Origin: an uncultured bacterium
GTDB taxonomy: Bacteria > Auribacterota > UBA3054 > JAPLST01
Length of the DNA stretch: 64,000 bases
Direction: 5' to 3'
NCBI GenBank assembly: GCA_964397565.1
Contig: CAYNJC010000025.1
Coordinates: 84 to 64,083, forward strand
Shown here in pieces: positions 37,218 to 46,747 of the stretch; the stretch's first letter is position 1; every line of letters begins with the position of its first letter. The translations under genes and the position numbers were made by a program. Below the pieces are notes generated by a model. The model saw nothing but the letters and a program-made list of their open reading frames with translations, was not told the DNA's origin and ran no database searches.

Positions 37218-39050
37218 ATGGAGCTGAAAAAGCCGCTCGGATTGATCCATGTGTTCTGCATTGCAGCGGGTGCGATGATCAGTTCGGGGATCTTCGTGCT
37301 CCCCGGGCTCGCCTACGCCATGGCTGGTCCTGCGGTTGTATTGTCATACTTACTGGCCGGCGTACTGGCCGCCACAGGACTGTTGAGTACGGCTGAACTT
37401 GCCACCGCTATGCCAAAGGCGGGCAGCGACTATTACTTCATCACCCGGAGTGTGGGTCCGGCATTTGGCACGATTGCGGGCGTACTGAACTGGGTCTCAT
37501 TCTCGCTCAAGAGCGCTTTTGCGCTGGTGGGGATGGCGGCACTGATCCGGCTTCTGGCCCCCATCGATATGCGCGTCAGCGGCGTCATCCTCGGCGCTGT
37601 TTTTGTGGGAATCAACCTGGTTGGGGTCAAAGATGCGGCTCGTCTTCAGGTCTCCCTTGTCCTCGGTCTCATGGCGCTGATGGCGGTCTACATTGTATAC
37701 GGTGTGCCCGCCGTCAGCCTTCGGAACTACGCGCCTTTTAGCCCACGTGGCATGGGCGCCGTATTCTCAACCGCGGGTCTCGTCTTCGTTTCCTACGGAG
37801 GACTGCTCAAGGTGGCGAGTGTCGCCGAAGAGGTGCGGAACCCGGGGCGCACCATCCCCGCCGCGATGATTCTGTCGCTGGTGCTGGTGGGCATCTGCTA
37901 TGCCCTGATGGTCGCGGTGACGGTGGGCGTCGTCAGGCCGGATGCGCTGAGCGGTACACTCACCCCGATCACCGATGGTGCTTTTGTGGTGATGGGCCAG
38001 GCTGGCGCGGTCGCCATGGCTGTTGCGGCTTCTCTGGCATTCCTTACGACGGCTAATGCCGGCATCCTTGCGGGTTCCCGCTACTTGCTGGCCCTTAGCC
38101 GCGACGGCATGCTGCCACCGTCGCTTGCTAATATCAGCGCACGCTTCCATACCCCGCATGTCGCCATCCTTGTGACCGGCGGCCTCGTGATCGTGCCCCT
38201 CTTCATTGATCTCCATATTCTGGTGGAGTCTGCGTCCGTCGGGCTGATTCTGACAAACATGTTCTCGCTTCTCTCGGTGATCATTCTGCGAGAGAGCCGG
38301 TTGCAGAACTATCGCCCGATTTTCCGCGCACCGCTCTATCCCTGGCTGCAGATTATCGGTTTGGCAGGCTTTGCCTTCGTGCTTGTGGAAATGCGCGAAC
38401 AAGCGTTTCTGATCAGCGCGGCGTTGGCAATCACAGGCTTCGCCATTTACTGGTTCTACGGACGGCCCCATGTCGAGCATCAATCCGCCCTTCTTCATGT
38501 TCTTGAGCGGCTTACCGCCCGAAAACTGGTCAATGGAACCCTTGAGGCGGAACTCAAGGAGGTCGTCCGCGAACGTGACGAAATCGTTGCTGACCGCTTC
38601 GACGAACTGACCGAGCAGTGCCCCGTTCTTGATCTGAACGGCACGCTGACCCGAGATGCGTTCTTCGCCAAAGCCGCGGACGCCATGGCCCCCCGGCTAG
38701 GCGTGCCCCGCGAGACGCTTGTCCAGCTCCTGATCAACCGAGAAGAAGAGAGTTCCACGGCACTCGCTCCACACTTGGCGATTCCGCACATTATTATCGA
38801 AGGCTCAAAGCCTTTTGAAATCCTCATCGCACGGTGCAGGCCCGGGGTCTATTTCGGTGAGTCTGATCCGGAGGTACAGGCGGTGATTGTGCTTGCCGGC
38901 CCGCTGCACGAGCGCAATTTCCATTTGCGCTGCCTGGCGGCAATTGCGCAGGTTGTGCAGGCGGCAGACTTTGTGCCGCGCTGGCTGGCCGCCCCCGGAC
39001 AACAAGCGCTTCGGGACCTGTTCGTCCTTTCACGACGCCACCGCAGATAA
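37218..39050 (+). CDS. APC-family amino acid permease fused to a PTS EIIA(Ntr/Fru)-like domain
   Basis: AGGAG 7 nt upstream of the ATG. A ~12-TM permease core, then a C-terminal domain with the LAIPHIIIEG His motif. Confidence 0.75.
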   Translation: MELKKPLGLIHVFCIAAGAMISSGIFVLPGLAYAMAGPAVVLSYLLAGVLAATGLLSTAELATAMPKAGSDYYFITRSVGPAFGTIAGVLNWVSFSLKSAFALVGMAALIRLLAPIDMRVSGVILGAVFVGINLVGVKDAARLQVSLVLGLMALMAVYIVYGVPAVSLRNYAPFSPRGMGAVFSTAGLVFVSYGGLLKVASVAEEVRNPGRTIPAAMILSLVLVGICYALMVAVTVGVVRPDALSGTLTPITDGAFVVMGQAGAVAMAVAASLAFLTTANAGILAGSRYLLALSRDGMLPPSLANISARFHTPHVAILVTGGLVIVPLFIDLHILVESASVGLILTNMFSLLSVIILRESRLQNYRPIFRAPLYPWLQIIGLAGFAFVLVEMREQAFLISAALAITGFAIYWFYGRPHVEHQSALLHVLERLTARKLVNGTLEAELKEVVRERDEIVADRFDELTEQCPVLDLNGTLTRDAFFAKAADAMAPRLGVPRETLVQLLINREEESSTALAPHLAIPHIIIEGSKPFEILIARCRPGVYFGESDPEVQAVIVLAGPLHERNFHLRCLAAIAQVVQAADFVPRWLAAPGQQALRDLFVLSRRHRR

Positions 39051-39382
39051 TCGGCGCGATCCGTTCTGCAGACAACTAGCGCTGGTGCCCATCCTTGCCG
39101 CCGACACCATGCAACAAGCACGGGCGGCTGCGTGCGTCGCCTGATCGCGTCACATACCACTTGCATGCTGGGCATGGGTCGCATTGGGAGTGGGTTTCGG
39201 GTTCGCTCCCGCTGCTCCGCCTTTTTTCACCACGGAACATTCTGTAGAAGCTAAAAGATACGAAAAATGCGTTGGCGTTGTTGACGCAGGCACAATTGCG
39301 CCAGCAGGAGTTCAATATGCTATACTAGGCCTGTTGTAGCGTAGACCGGTGATTCCTCTTTCAGCAGCACTCAGGACACACC

Positions 39383-42300
39383 ATGAAACCAACCTTGCTC
39401 CGCATCCGCGTCATCTCTTTCTTTGTGGTGTTTTCACTTCGGCATGCGGCACACGCGCGTTGGGCGCTGGTCGTGTGTCTGTGCGCCGCGGGCACCGCCT
39501 TGGGCGGCGCACGCATCAATGGCACCGGCGTTGTCTACAGCACCGTGCAGGCCGCCGTGGATGCCGCCCAGCTTGGCAATCGCGTGCACATCGCCACCGG
39601 CCTGTACTTTGGTACCGTGAATGTGCCGCGCTCGCTCACGCTGGCCGGTGGCTATGACACCAACTGCACGGTGACGCTCGGCCGGCGTTCGGCTTTGAGT
39701 GTCAGCGGGCTCGGCAGCGTCTTGGAACTCACGACGGAAACCAACATGGTCACCCTGACCGACCTCGAATTCACCGGCGGCAATGGCTTCCGTGGCGGCG
39801 GCGTCTATCTTGGGTTAGGCAACACCATGTTCATGGACAACTGTCTGGTGCACAGCAACAGCGCGCAGATCGAGGGCGGCGGCATCTGGGGCGGCGTGGG
39901 CAGCAGCCTCATCTGCAGCAACACGATTGTTTGTAGCAATACCGCCGCGTACACCGGCGGCGGCATCGCGTTTCAAGGCAATCTGCTGATGGTACGCGGC
40001 GACCGCATGCGCATTTTCGCCAACCGGGCCGAGAACGGCGGCGGCGTGCACTTTGGTGGCGGTGTCTTCTGGCAAACCGACCAGGCCGATATCTATGCCA
40101 ACGTCGCCTCGAATAGCGGCGGTGGGCTGATGCTGCTAGGCTACGCCACGGCGATTGTCTGCGGCCCGAATTGTACGATCGGCGTGCCCGGCGGCGAGAA
40201 TGTCGCGCTGACCGGCAACGGTGGCGGCGTCTGCGCCACGGTGGCCAGCATGCTGGTTGTCTCGAATGAGGCCGCAGTCCTGCATAATCGCGCCGCCCTC
40301 GACGGCGGCGGCATCTACGCCAGCAACAATATCACCGTGTTGCTTGCGGATCGCGCGTACCTCGGCTACGACTCGCCCTTCGTCACCAATCTGGCCGGTC
40401 GCAACGGCGGCGGGCTGTGCGCGTTGCGCTCGATCGTCCTGCTGACCAACGCCGTGCGCGTGTCACGCGGCGTGGCCGAAGCCGGCGGCGGGCTCTATCT
40501 TGGTCTCGGCACGCGCTGTGACATTGTTGATTCCAAGGTGCTCACCAATCGCGCCGAGACCGGCGGCGGCATCCGCTGCGTCGGCGCGTCTCTGCGCATT
40601 GCCGGTGAAGACACGGATGTTCGCGACAATTACGCGCTCGAAGGTGGCGGCGTCTCGTGCAGCGGCGGCACGTTCGTGCAAGAGACCGGCGCGGATATCC
40701 ATGCCAATATTGCCGTCACCTTTGGCGGCGGCGCATTTCTGGCCGACGGCGTCACCGGTGTTGTGCGTGGCAGTGGCACGGCCATCGGTTTGCTGCCGCG
40801 CTATGACAACATGGTGACCAATGGCGACGGCGGCGGCATGTATCTTGAAAATGCGTGGCTGGTGATCAGCAACAGCGTAGGCTTCGCGCGCAACAGTGCT
40901 TCCCGCGACGGCGGTGCGCTGTATGCCGTGAACAGCATGATTGAATGCTATGACGGCGTCTCATTTGGCACGGGCAACAGTGCCAGCACCAACAGCGCCG
41001 GGCGCGATGGCGGCGGCGTGTTCGCCGATGCCTGCGGGCTGACGTGCAGTGGCAACGTCGGCTTCGAGTGCGGTGTCGCCGGGCGCGACGGCGGCGCGTG
41101 TCGCATGGTCAACAGCACCGGCGTGTTCATATTGTGCGAGATGCTCCACAACCGGGCTGATCGCGGCGGCGCACTCTTCGCCGATGGTGCCTCCTTCGTC
41201 CAGATGTCAAGTTCGTGCGTGGCATGGAATTGGGCCACCAATTATGGCGGCATCGGCCTGACGGACACGCGCAGCCAGCTCAGTGTGGATGCCAGCGACA
41301 TTGTCAGCAATTACGCCCACACCTTCGTCGGTGGGCTCTATTGCGCCGCGCCGCTGATGGCGTCCGACGTGCGCATCAGCGCCAATCGCGCCAGCGGCAT
41401 GGGCGGTTGTTATCTGGTGAGCTGTACCGCCACGTTCACCAACTGTGAATTCAACAACAACACGGCGGCCATGGACGCCGGCGGCCTGCAGGTCGCCAGC
41501 GCGATGGTCACCCTGCGTGATACCTCGTTTGCCGACAACGTCGCCGGCATGGGCGGCTATGGCTTTGGCGACGGCGGCGCGGCGGTCATCAACAACTCGC
41601 ACATCTCGTACGAGCCGCTCAGCGCCAATTGCAGTTTCGCGCGCAATGCCGCCTGGAACGGCGGCGCGATTTACGCCGATGCCGCGGAACTCGACATTAT
41701 CGCGCCCGCCAATCGCTTCACGACCTTCTTCAACAACACGGCCAGCAACTGCGGCGGCGCCGTCTATCTGCGCGGCGGCAGCACGCTGAATGTGCAGGGC
41801 AACGTCCGCTTCACCGGCAATGACGCGCTGCACGGCGGCGGTCTGTGCGTCATGACGCAGGGCACGGTTTGGGTGGCGGTCTCCAACAATTACGCGCCGC
41901 GCTTCTACGCCAACACGGCGCGCGGCAGTGGCGGCGCAATCTACGCCGCGGGCCCGGTCTGGCTCTCGCTTCTGGGCGTCGAGATTGGCGCGCCGAATTT
42001 CGGCAATCGCGCGGGCGCCACGGCCGGCACGAGTGGCGGCGGCGGCCTGGCGCTGTTTGACCGCGCCGCCATGCTGGGCATCAACTGTGCCGTGTGCGAG
42101 AACAGCAGTGCCAATCTCGGCGGCGGTCTGCTCGCCTTGGGCGGCTGCGATGTGCGCTTCGACAGCGATGTCCCCGCGCCCGTTGCCGGGCCGCTGCCGC
42201 CCTCCGTGTTCCTCGGCAATTACTCCTCCAATTCCGCCGGTGGCGCGTTTATCGGCGATGACTCATTCGCGCGCTTTGCCAGCACCTGCATCGCCAGCAA

Positions 42301-43198
42301 TCGCGCCATTGTGTTTGGCGCCGGTGGCATCTACTTCAGCCGCAGCACGGGCGAATTGGTCAATGTCGTCATGGCGCGCAACAATTCGGCGAGCGAAGGC
42401 GACGGCATTTATTGTTATGAAAACCGCGCGTTGCGCCTGCTGCACTGCACCATCGCCGACAATTCCTCGTACGGCGTGTATAGTCCCAGTAACCCGTTGA
42501 GCGCCACCAACTGCATTGTTTGGGGCCACTTTGCCGAGCAAATCAGCAGCGGCAAATCCGTGGCATATTCTGACGTCGAAGACGGCTATGCCGGCACGGG
42601 CAATCTGAACGCCAATCCCCTCTTCGTCAGCGCCGGCCTGTTGAACTATGCCCTGCAAAACGGCTCGCCGTGCATCAACACCGGTGTGTTTGCCGGCGTG
42701 ACGGAGGACATTCTCGGCTACCCACGCCCGTTTGGTCCGCGCGTTGATCTCGGCGCGTATGAATTCGTGCCGGAGCCGGGCGGCGCACTGCTGCTCATGG
42801 CGCTGGCCGGCATGGCGGCGCGCATGCGGCGCCGGGCACGGCGTGCTGATGGCGTGTGCCGGCATACGCCGCCCGCACCGGCGGCGTGGCGGCACCGCAC
42901 GACCAATGGCCTACGGCGCGACAGTTGTACTGCCTGTGTCTGCAGGCGGCACGACGTGCGTGAAGCGCCGCGCCAGGATCATCACATACTCGACGATGTC
43001 TGTGCGAACGGCACTCGGCCCGTGCGGCACTTCGCCGCGGAAAAACAGGCAATCACCACTGCCCAAGCGATAGATGGTGCCGGCATGGCTGTAGTCCAGC
43101 ATGCCTTTCACCACATAGATAAACTGGTCGCCTGGCGCTGTGTTGGAGATGGGCTTGAAACTGCGGCGCTTGAGTCGCACCAGGAACGGGTTGAATAA
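39383..43198 (+). CDS. Giant Pmp-repeat/right-handed beta-helix surface protein with internal PEP-CTERM motif
   Basis: Many GGG(I/V/A)-type and FxxN repeats (FARNSASRDGGALYA, FFNNTASNCGGAVYL, FTGNDALHGGGLCV). VPEP-GGALLLMALAGMAA-RMRRRARR lies at 42770-42844, but the frame stays open for 117 more codons. Confidence 0.8.
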   Translation: MKPTLLRIRVISFFVVFSLRHAAHARWALVVCLCAAGTALGGARINGTGVVYSTVQAAVDAAQLGNRVHIATGLYFGTVNVPRSLTLAGGYDTNCTVTLGRRSALSVSGLGSVLELTTETNMVTLTDLEFTGGNGFRGGGVYLGLGNTMFMDNCLVHSNSAQIEGGGIWGGVGSSLICSNTIVCSNTAAYTGGGIAFQGNLLMVRGDRMRIFANRAENGGGVHFGGGVFWQTDQADIYANVASNSGGGLMLLGYATAIVCGPNCTIGVPGGENVALTGNGGGVCATVASMLVVSNEAAVLHNRAALDGGGIYASNNITVLLADRAYLGYDSPFVTNLAGRNGGGLCALRSIVLLTNAVRVSRGVAEAGGGLYLGLGTRCDIVDSKVLTNRAETGGGIRCVGASLRIAGEDTDVRDNYALEGGGVSCSGGTFVQETGADIHANIAVTFGGGAFLADGVTGVVRGSGTAIGLLPRYDNMVTNGDGGGMYLENAWLVISNSVGFARNSASRDGGALYAVNSMIECYDGVSFGTGNSASTNSAGRDGGGVFADACGLTCSGNVGFECGVAGRDGGACRMVNSTGVFILCEMLHNRADRGGALFADGASFVQMSSSCVAWNWATNYGGIGLTDTRSQLSVDASDIVSNYAHTFVGGLYCAAPLMASDVRISANRASGMGGCYLVSCTATFTNCEFNNNTAAMDAGGLQVASAMVTLRDTSFADNVAGMGGYGFGDGGAAVINNSHISYEPLSANCSFARNAAWNGGAIYADAAELDIIAPANRFTTFFNNTASNCGGAVYLRGGSTLNVQGNVRFTGNDALHGGGLCVMTQGTVWVAVSNNYAPRFYANTARGSGGAIYAAGPVWLSLLGVEIGAPNFGNRAGATAGTSGGGGLALFDRAAMLGINCAVCENSSANLGGGLLALGGCDVRFDSDVPAPVAGPLPPSVFLGNYSSNSAGGAFIGDDSFARFASTCIASNRAIVFGAGGIYFSRSTGELVNVVMARNNSASEGDGIYCYENRALRLLHCTIADNSSYGVYSPSNPLSATNCIVWGHFAEQISSGKSVAYSDVEDGYAGTGNLNANPLFVSAGLLNYALQNGSPCINTGVFAGVTEDILGYPRPFGPRVDLGAYEFVPEPGGALLLMALAGMAARMRRRARRADGVCRHTPPAPAAWRHRTTNGLRRDSCTACVCRRHDVREAPRQDHHILDDVCANGTRPVRHFAAEKQAITTAQAIDGAGMAVVQHAFHHIDKLVAWRCVGDGLETAALESHQERVE

Positions 43199-43516
43199 CT
43201 TGCGGCCGTACCCCTCGCTGACCAAGGGTGCGAACGAGTTCCACGGCGTTTTCGGCGACGCGATGAAACGATGCGCGCGGGCACGTGTGTGCGATATTTC
43301 TGCCACGCCCTCCTCCTGGAAAAATGCACTGATGTGCACGTCGAGCGCATCCGCGATTTTGCTTAACGTCGCAATCGGCGGGCTGACCAAGCCATTTTCG
43401 ATGCGCGACAGCAGGGCTTTGGAAAGACCGGTTCTCTCCGCCACAATCGCCAGGGTAAAGTCGCTGGCAACCCGCAGATTGTGGATCAGTGCGCCGACAT
43501 ATTTGTCATCAACCAT
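42911..43516 (-). CDS. XRE-family HTH / cupin-domain transcriptional regulator
   Basis: HTH segment LAIVAERTGLSKALLSRIENG plus a cupin domain (GDQFIYVVKGMLDY ... GDCLFFRGEVPHG). Internal ATG at 43516. Confidence 0.8.
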   Translation of the reverse strand: MVDDKYVGALIHNLRVASDFTLAIVAERTGLSKALLSRIENGLVSPPIATLSKIADALDVHISAFFQEEGVAEISHTRARAHRFIASPKTPWNSFAPLVSEGYGRKLFNPFLVRLKRRSFKPISNTAPGDQFIYVVKGMLDYSHAGTIYRLGSGDCLFFRGEVPHGPSAVRTDIVEYVMILARRFTHVVPPADTGSTTVAP

Positions 43517-43552
43517 GGGTGATCCGGGGTGATCGTTCGTGTGTGCGTGGCC

Positions 43553-43581
43553 AGTATAGCGAAGTGCCGGCCAGCTGTCAA
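43553..43581 (-). promoter_or_regulatory. Sigma70-type promoter TTGACA-N17-TATACT (regulator gene)
   Basis: On the minus strand: ttgaca (43581-43576), 17-nt spacer, tatact (43558-43553). Confidence 0.6.
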
Positions 43582-43613
43582 CAAACCATCGAGTTGCACA
43601 ACAAACAATATAG

Positions 43614-43642
43614 TTGATTTTCGTGCAACAATATGCTATATT
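43614..43642 (+). promoter_or_regulatory. Sigma70-type promoter TTGATT-N17-(TGc)TATATT
   Basis: ttgatt at 43614-43619 and tatatt at 43637-43642. Overlaps the TGCA(C)AACAA-AATAT direct repeats. Upstream of the 43745 gene. Confidence 0.55.
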
Positions 43643-43744
43643 GAATGCTGATGCGCGCCAGTCCGTGCCGCTGGCACTGCGGGCTATCCTGCCGACACCG
43701 CACGGTTGGCGCGCGCGTATGATAACTCTCACGCGAGACTCACG

Positions 43745-46678
43745 ATGAACGTTTCTCACTCCACGTTTTCAATCCGCCCGTTGTTGCTGTGTCTCGGCAC
43801 TGTGCTGGCGTCAGGCATTGGCTTGGCTGCGGATGCCTACGTTGCCAAATGGGGCAGCGACGCCAGCGACGGCCTGTCATGGGCCATGGCCAAACTGACC
43901 GTCAACGCTGCCTTAGGCGTCGCCACGACAGCCGGCAACACGATCTACGTCGGTACCGGCACGTATAGCGGCGCCGGCAACGTCGACCTGAGCTGGAGCG
44001 CCCGCAATGGCGTCAACCTGATCGGCACAGGTCCCACCAAGACCACGTTCGTGCTGACCGGCACGCAACGCTTGATCACCGGCCTCGAGAACAAAACCAT
44101 CGCGCCGCTGTTGGCTAGTTTTAAGATTGACGGCAGCGCCAAAGACGACGGCTTCGATGGCTCCGCCAGTCTCCTGTATGCCGACAATGCCATTCCGTTG
44201 AATCTGGTGTTTTCCAACCTGTGGCTGGTGGGCCGCTATGACGGCGATCAAGTGAACAATGTCAAGGGCACGGCCGAGAAACAGAACGGCACGGGCATCG
44301 AGTTGAACTGGTATGGCAATGCTGCCTATACCGGGTATGTCACCATGACGCACTGCTTGTTCGAGCGGCTGGGCCGCGCGTTCTACGCCGATGATGACAA
44401 CGGTGGTTTTTCGTGTTACACGGCGCGCTTCGTGCGCTGCACCTTTGTCAACAACGCCGACACGCGCAACAACGCGTATGGCGACCGCGCGACGGTGTTC
44501 ATGCGCGGCGCTACGGCGGGTCGTTGGATGTTCTTTGACAAGTGCGTCATGAGCCACACCGCGCAGGACTCGTTGAGTGCCAGCGGGTATGGCATCTATT
44601 ATAATCCCAACGTCACCACGCGTGTGTTCTGCAATGACGATCTGTTCTACACCAACACCATCGGCCGCGGCGCCGACAACTGCTATGGCCCGGGCATCAA
44701 CCGTTACGTGGGCTATGGCACCGACCTGGTCACCAATGCGCCGACCTATGTGCCGTATCTAGGCCAGGCCTACACTTTGCAGATTCCTGAAGCCGGCACA
44801 GAGCGCGGCTGGAATTGCACGACCAATCAGAACGTGCCCTGGCTGGTGATTGCGCCGGCGAACCGCTGGGTGCCGCGCAGCACCACGGCCTATACATTGC
44901 TGGCGGGCACATCCGGCAACATGGTGGGCATGCTTGCCTGGCACAACGCCAACAACGACGAGCGTGGTGCCATTGCCGCTGTAGCGTCTTGGAGTGTCGC
45001 GGCGGTACCACTGGGGCTGGGCAACAATCTCATCACCGTTTCCGGCACGAATGCCAGCGGCGACGCAGCCAGCGCGAGCGTCACGGTCATGCGCGATCTG
45101 ACGCTGCCGATGGTGACTGTTGCGCCATTCGAGATATGGGTTGAAAACCATATTGCCGACCTGGCGCTGAATGGCGTGCCCAGCAATGTCGCTGAAGCGA
45201 TCGCGTGGCAGAACACCGCCACGGGGGCAGGCGGCACGGTGCCGAGCACGACGCCGTTTATCATCCCTGCCATCAGCGTGAACGTCGGCACGAATTACAT
45301 CGTTGTCTCGGCGACCAACATGTACGGTGACAGCAGCGTGCAGACGGTCGTGGTCTATCGCACCGGCGTGCCCACCAACTACTATGTCAACCTGATGGGC
45401 AGCGACGTGACGGGCAGCGGGTCGCTGGGCAACCCGTGGCTAACGATCAACAAGGCCATCGGCACGGCGCCCAATGGCACCTTCATGCAGCCCACGCTGA
45501 TCAACGTCGCCGCCGGTACCTACACCAATGAAACTACCGGCGGCAACTGGGTGATGACCATTGCCAGCAAGCAGTATTTCATCATCGCAGGCGCCGGCCC
45601 GACCAACACACTCCTGAGAAAGGGCGCGCTCATCCTGAGCTTGCCGGTCGTGCGCATTGACAATTCGCGCTTTACGGCCCTGCGCGGGATGAATCTGGAC
45701 ATGAGTGCCGAGACCGTCGCTTGGAGCGATAACAACAGCGCGTTGCGCATGCAAACGTATGAGCACGTGGTGCTGGAGGACTTGTGGCTGAAAGGGCCCG
45801 TGACCACAGCCCAGCGCAACGGGCATGGTCTGCAATTGGTCAGCGCCACCACGACGAGGAACGTCACGGCGCGGCGCGTCCTGGTGGACGGCTTTGGCCG
45901 CGGCGTGTACGTGCAGAACAACTCCGCCACCGCGCCAGCCACAATGCTGATTGACCAGTGCACCCTTGTCAATCAGAATGGCAGCAATCCACCCGACGAT
46001 TCGCGCGCGATCTGGACACGCGCCAACGCCAGCGGGAACGGCAAAGATTCGATTGCGGTCAAGAATTGTGTCGTGGCGAACGTGCAGCGCGGATTGTGCA
46101 GTGACAACGAGGTCGGCAATGTCAATAGCATCGGGGTGAAGCTCTTTGTGCAATCCTATGGCAATGCCTACTCGAATGTGCTCAACGGGTTATATAATGG
46201 CGTGGGCATTCAAAACAGCGGCGCAGCGCTGAACGATCTTCAGATCGCACCGCTCTTCACGACACTGCCCGACACGCGGCCGTATGTGGCCACGGGCGTC
46301 TACGGCAAAGGCTGGGTGACGTACAGCGAGAACACCCTTGCACCGCGCGCGATTGGCGCCGGCACCAATGTGCCGCCGGGTGGCTCGGTGTACATCCTCA
46401 CCAACGCACCCGCGACGTTTACCGGTACTAAACCATTGATGTCCTACCTGCTGCTGAATAGTAGTATGCAGAACGCCGGCTGGACTGACACGACCTGGTC
46501 GGTGACTATGCCCTTGCCGCCTGCGGGCATGGTCGCAACGAATCGGTTGGCGTTTATTGGCAGTCCGATGTCGCCGGAGACGTTAATCATCATGCAGCAA
46601 ATCCCGGAACCGCTGGTGGGTGGCTTGCTGCTGCTGGGTGTCGCGCTGCTGCGCTGCCACCGCGATCTGTATATGTGA
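43745..46678 (+). CDS. PEP-CTERM beta-helix surface protein
   Basis: Signal peptide (LLLCLGTVLASGIGLAADA), two beta-helix modules, Ig-like repeats, and C-terminal IPEP-LVGGLLLLGVALL-RCHR close to the stop. Confidence 0.8.
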   Translation: MNVSHSTFSIRPLLLCLGTVLASGIGLAADAYVAKWGSDASDGLSWAMAKLTVNAALGVATTAGNTIYVGTGTYSGAGNVDLSWSARNGVNLIGTGPTKTTFVLTGTQRLITGLENKTIAPLLASFKIDGSAKDDGFDGSASLLYADNAIPLNLVFSNLWLVGRYDGDQVNNVKGTAEKQNGTGIELNWYGNAAYTGYVTMTHCLFERLGRAFYADDDNGGFSCYTARFVRCTFVNNADTRNNAYGDRATVFMRGATAGRWMFFDKCVMSHTAQDSLSASGYGIYYNPNVTTRVFCNDDLFYTNTIGRGADNCYGPGINRYVGYGTDLVTNAPTYVPYLGQAYTLQIPEAGTERGWNCTTNQNVPWLVIAPANRWVPRSTTAYTLLAGTSGNMVGMLAWHNANNDERGAIAAVASWSVAAVPLGLGNNLITVSGTNASGDAASASVTVMRDLTLPMVTVAPFEIWVENHIADLALNGVPSNVAEAIAWQNTATGAGGTVPSTTPFIIPAISVNVGTNYIVVSATNMYGDSSVQTVVVYRTGVPTNYYVNLMGSDVTGSGSLGNPWLTINKAIGTAPNGTFMQPTLINVAAGTYTNETTGGNWVMTIASKQYFIIAGAGPTNTLLRKGALILSLPVVRIDNSRFTALRGMNLDMSAETVAWSDNNSALRMQTYEHVVLEDLWLKGPVTTAQRNGHGLQLVSATTTRNVTARRVLVDGFGRGVYVQNNSATAPATMLIDQCTLVNQNGSNPPDDSRAIWTRANASGNGKDSIAVKNCVVANVQRGLCSDNEVGNVNSIGVKLFVQSYGNAYSNVLNGLYNGVGIQNSGAALNDLQIAPLFTTLPDTRPYVATGVYGKGWVTYSENTLAPRAIGAGTNVPPGGSVYILTNAPATFTGTKPLMSYLLLNSSMQNAGWTDTTWSVTMPLPPAGMVATNRLAFIGSPMSPETLIIMQQIPEPLVGGLLLLGVALLRCHRDLYM

Positions 46679-46683
46679 ATACC

Positions 46684-46720
46684 GCGGGAACGGCGCGCCG
46701 TCACGGCGCGCCGTTCCCGC
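46684..46720 (+). terminator. Perfect 17-bp-stem hairpin between two PEP-CTERM genes
   Basis: gcgggaacggcgcgccg-tca-cggcgcgccgttcccgc. No U-tract follows, so terminator function is uncertain. Confidence 0.35.
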
Positions 46721-46747
46721 TCATTGCCTCTCTACACGAGCCCCCCC

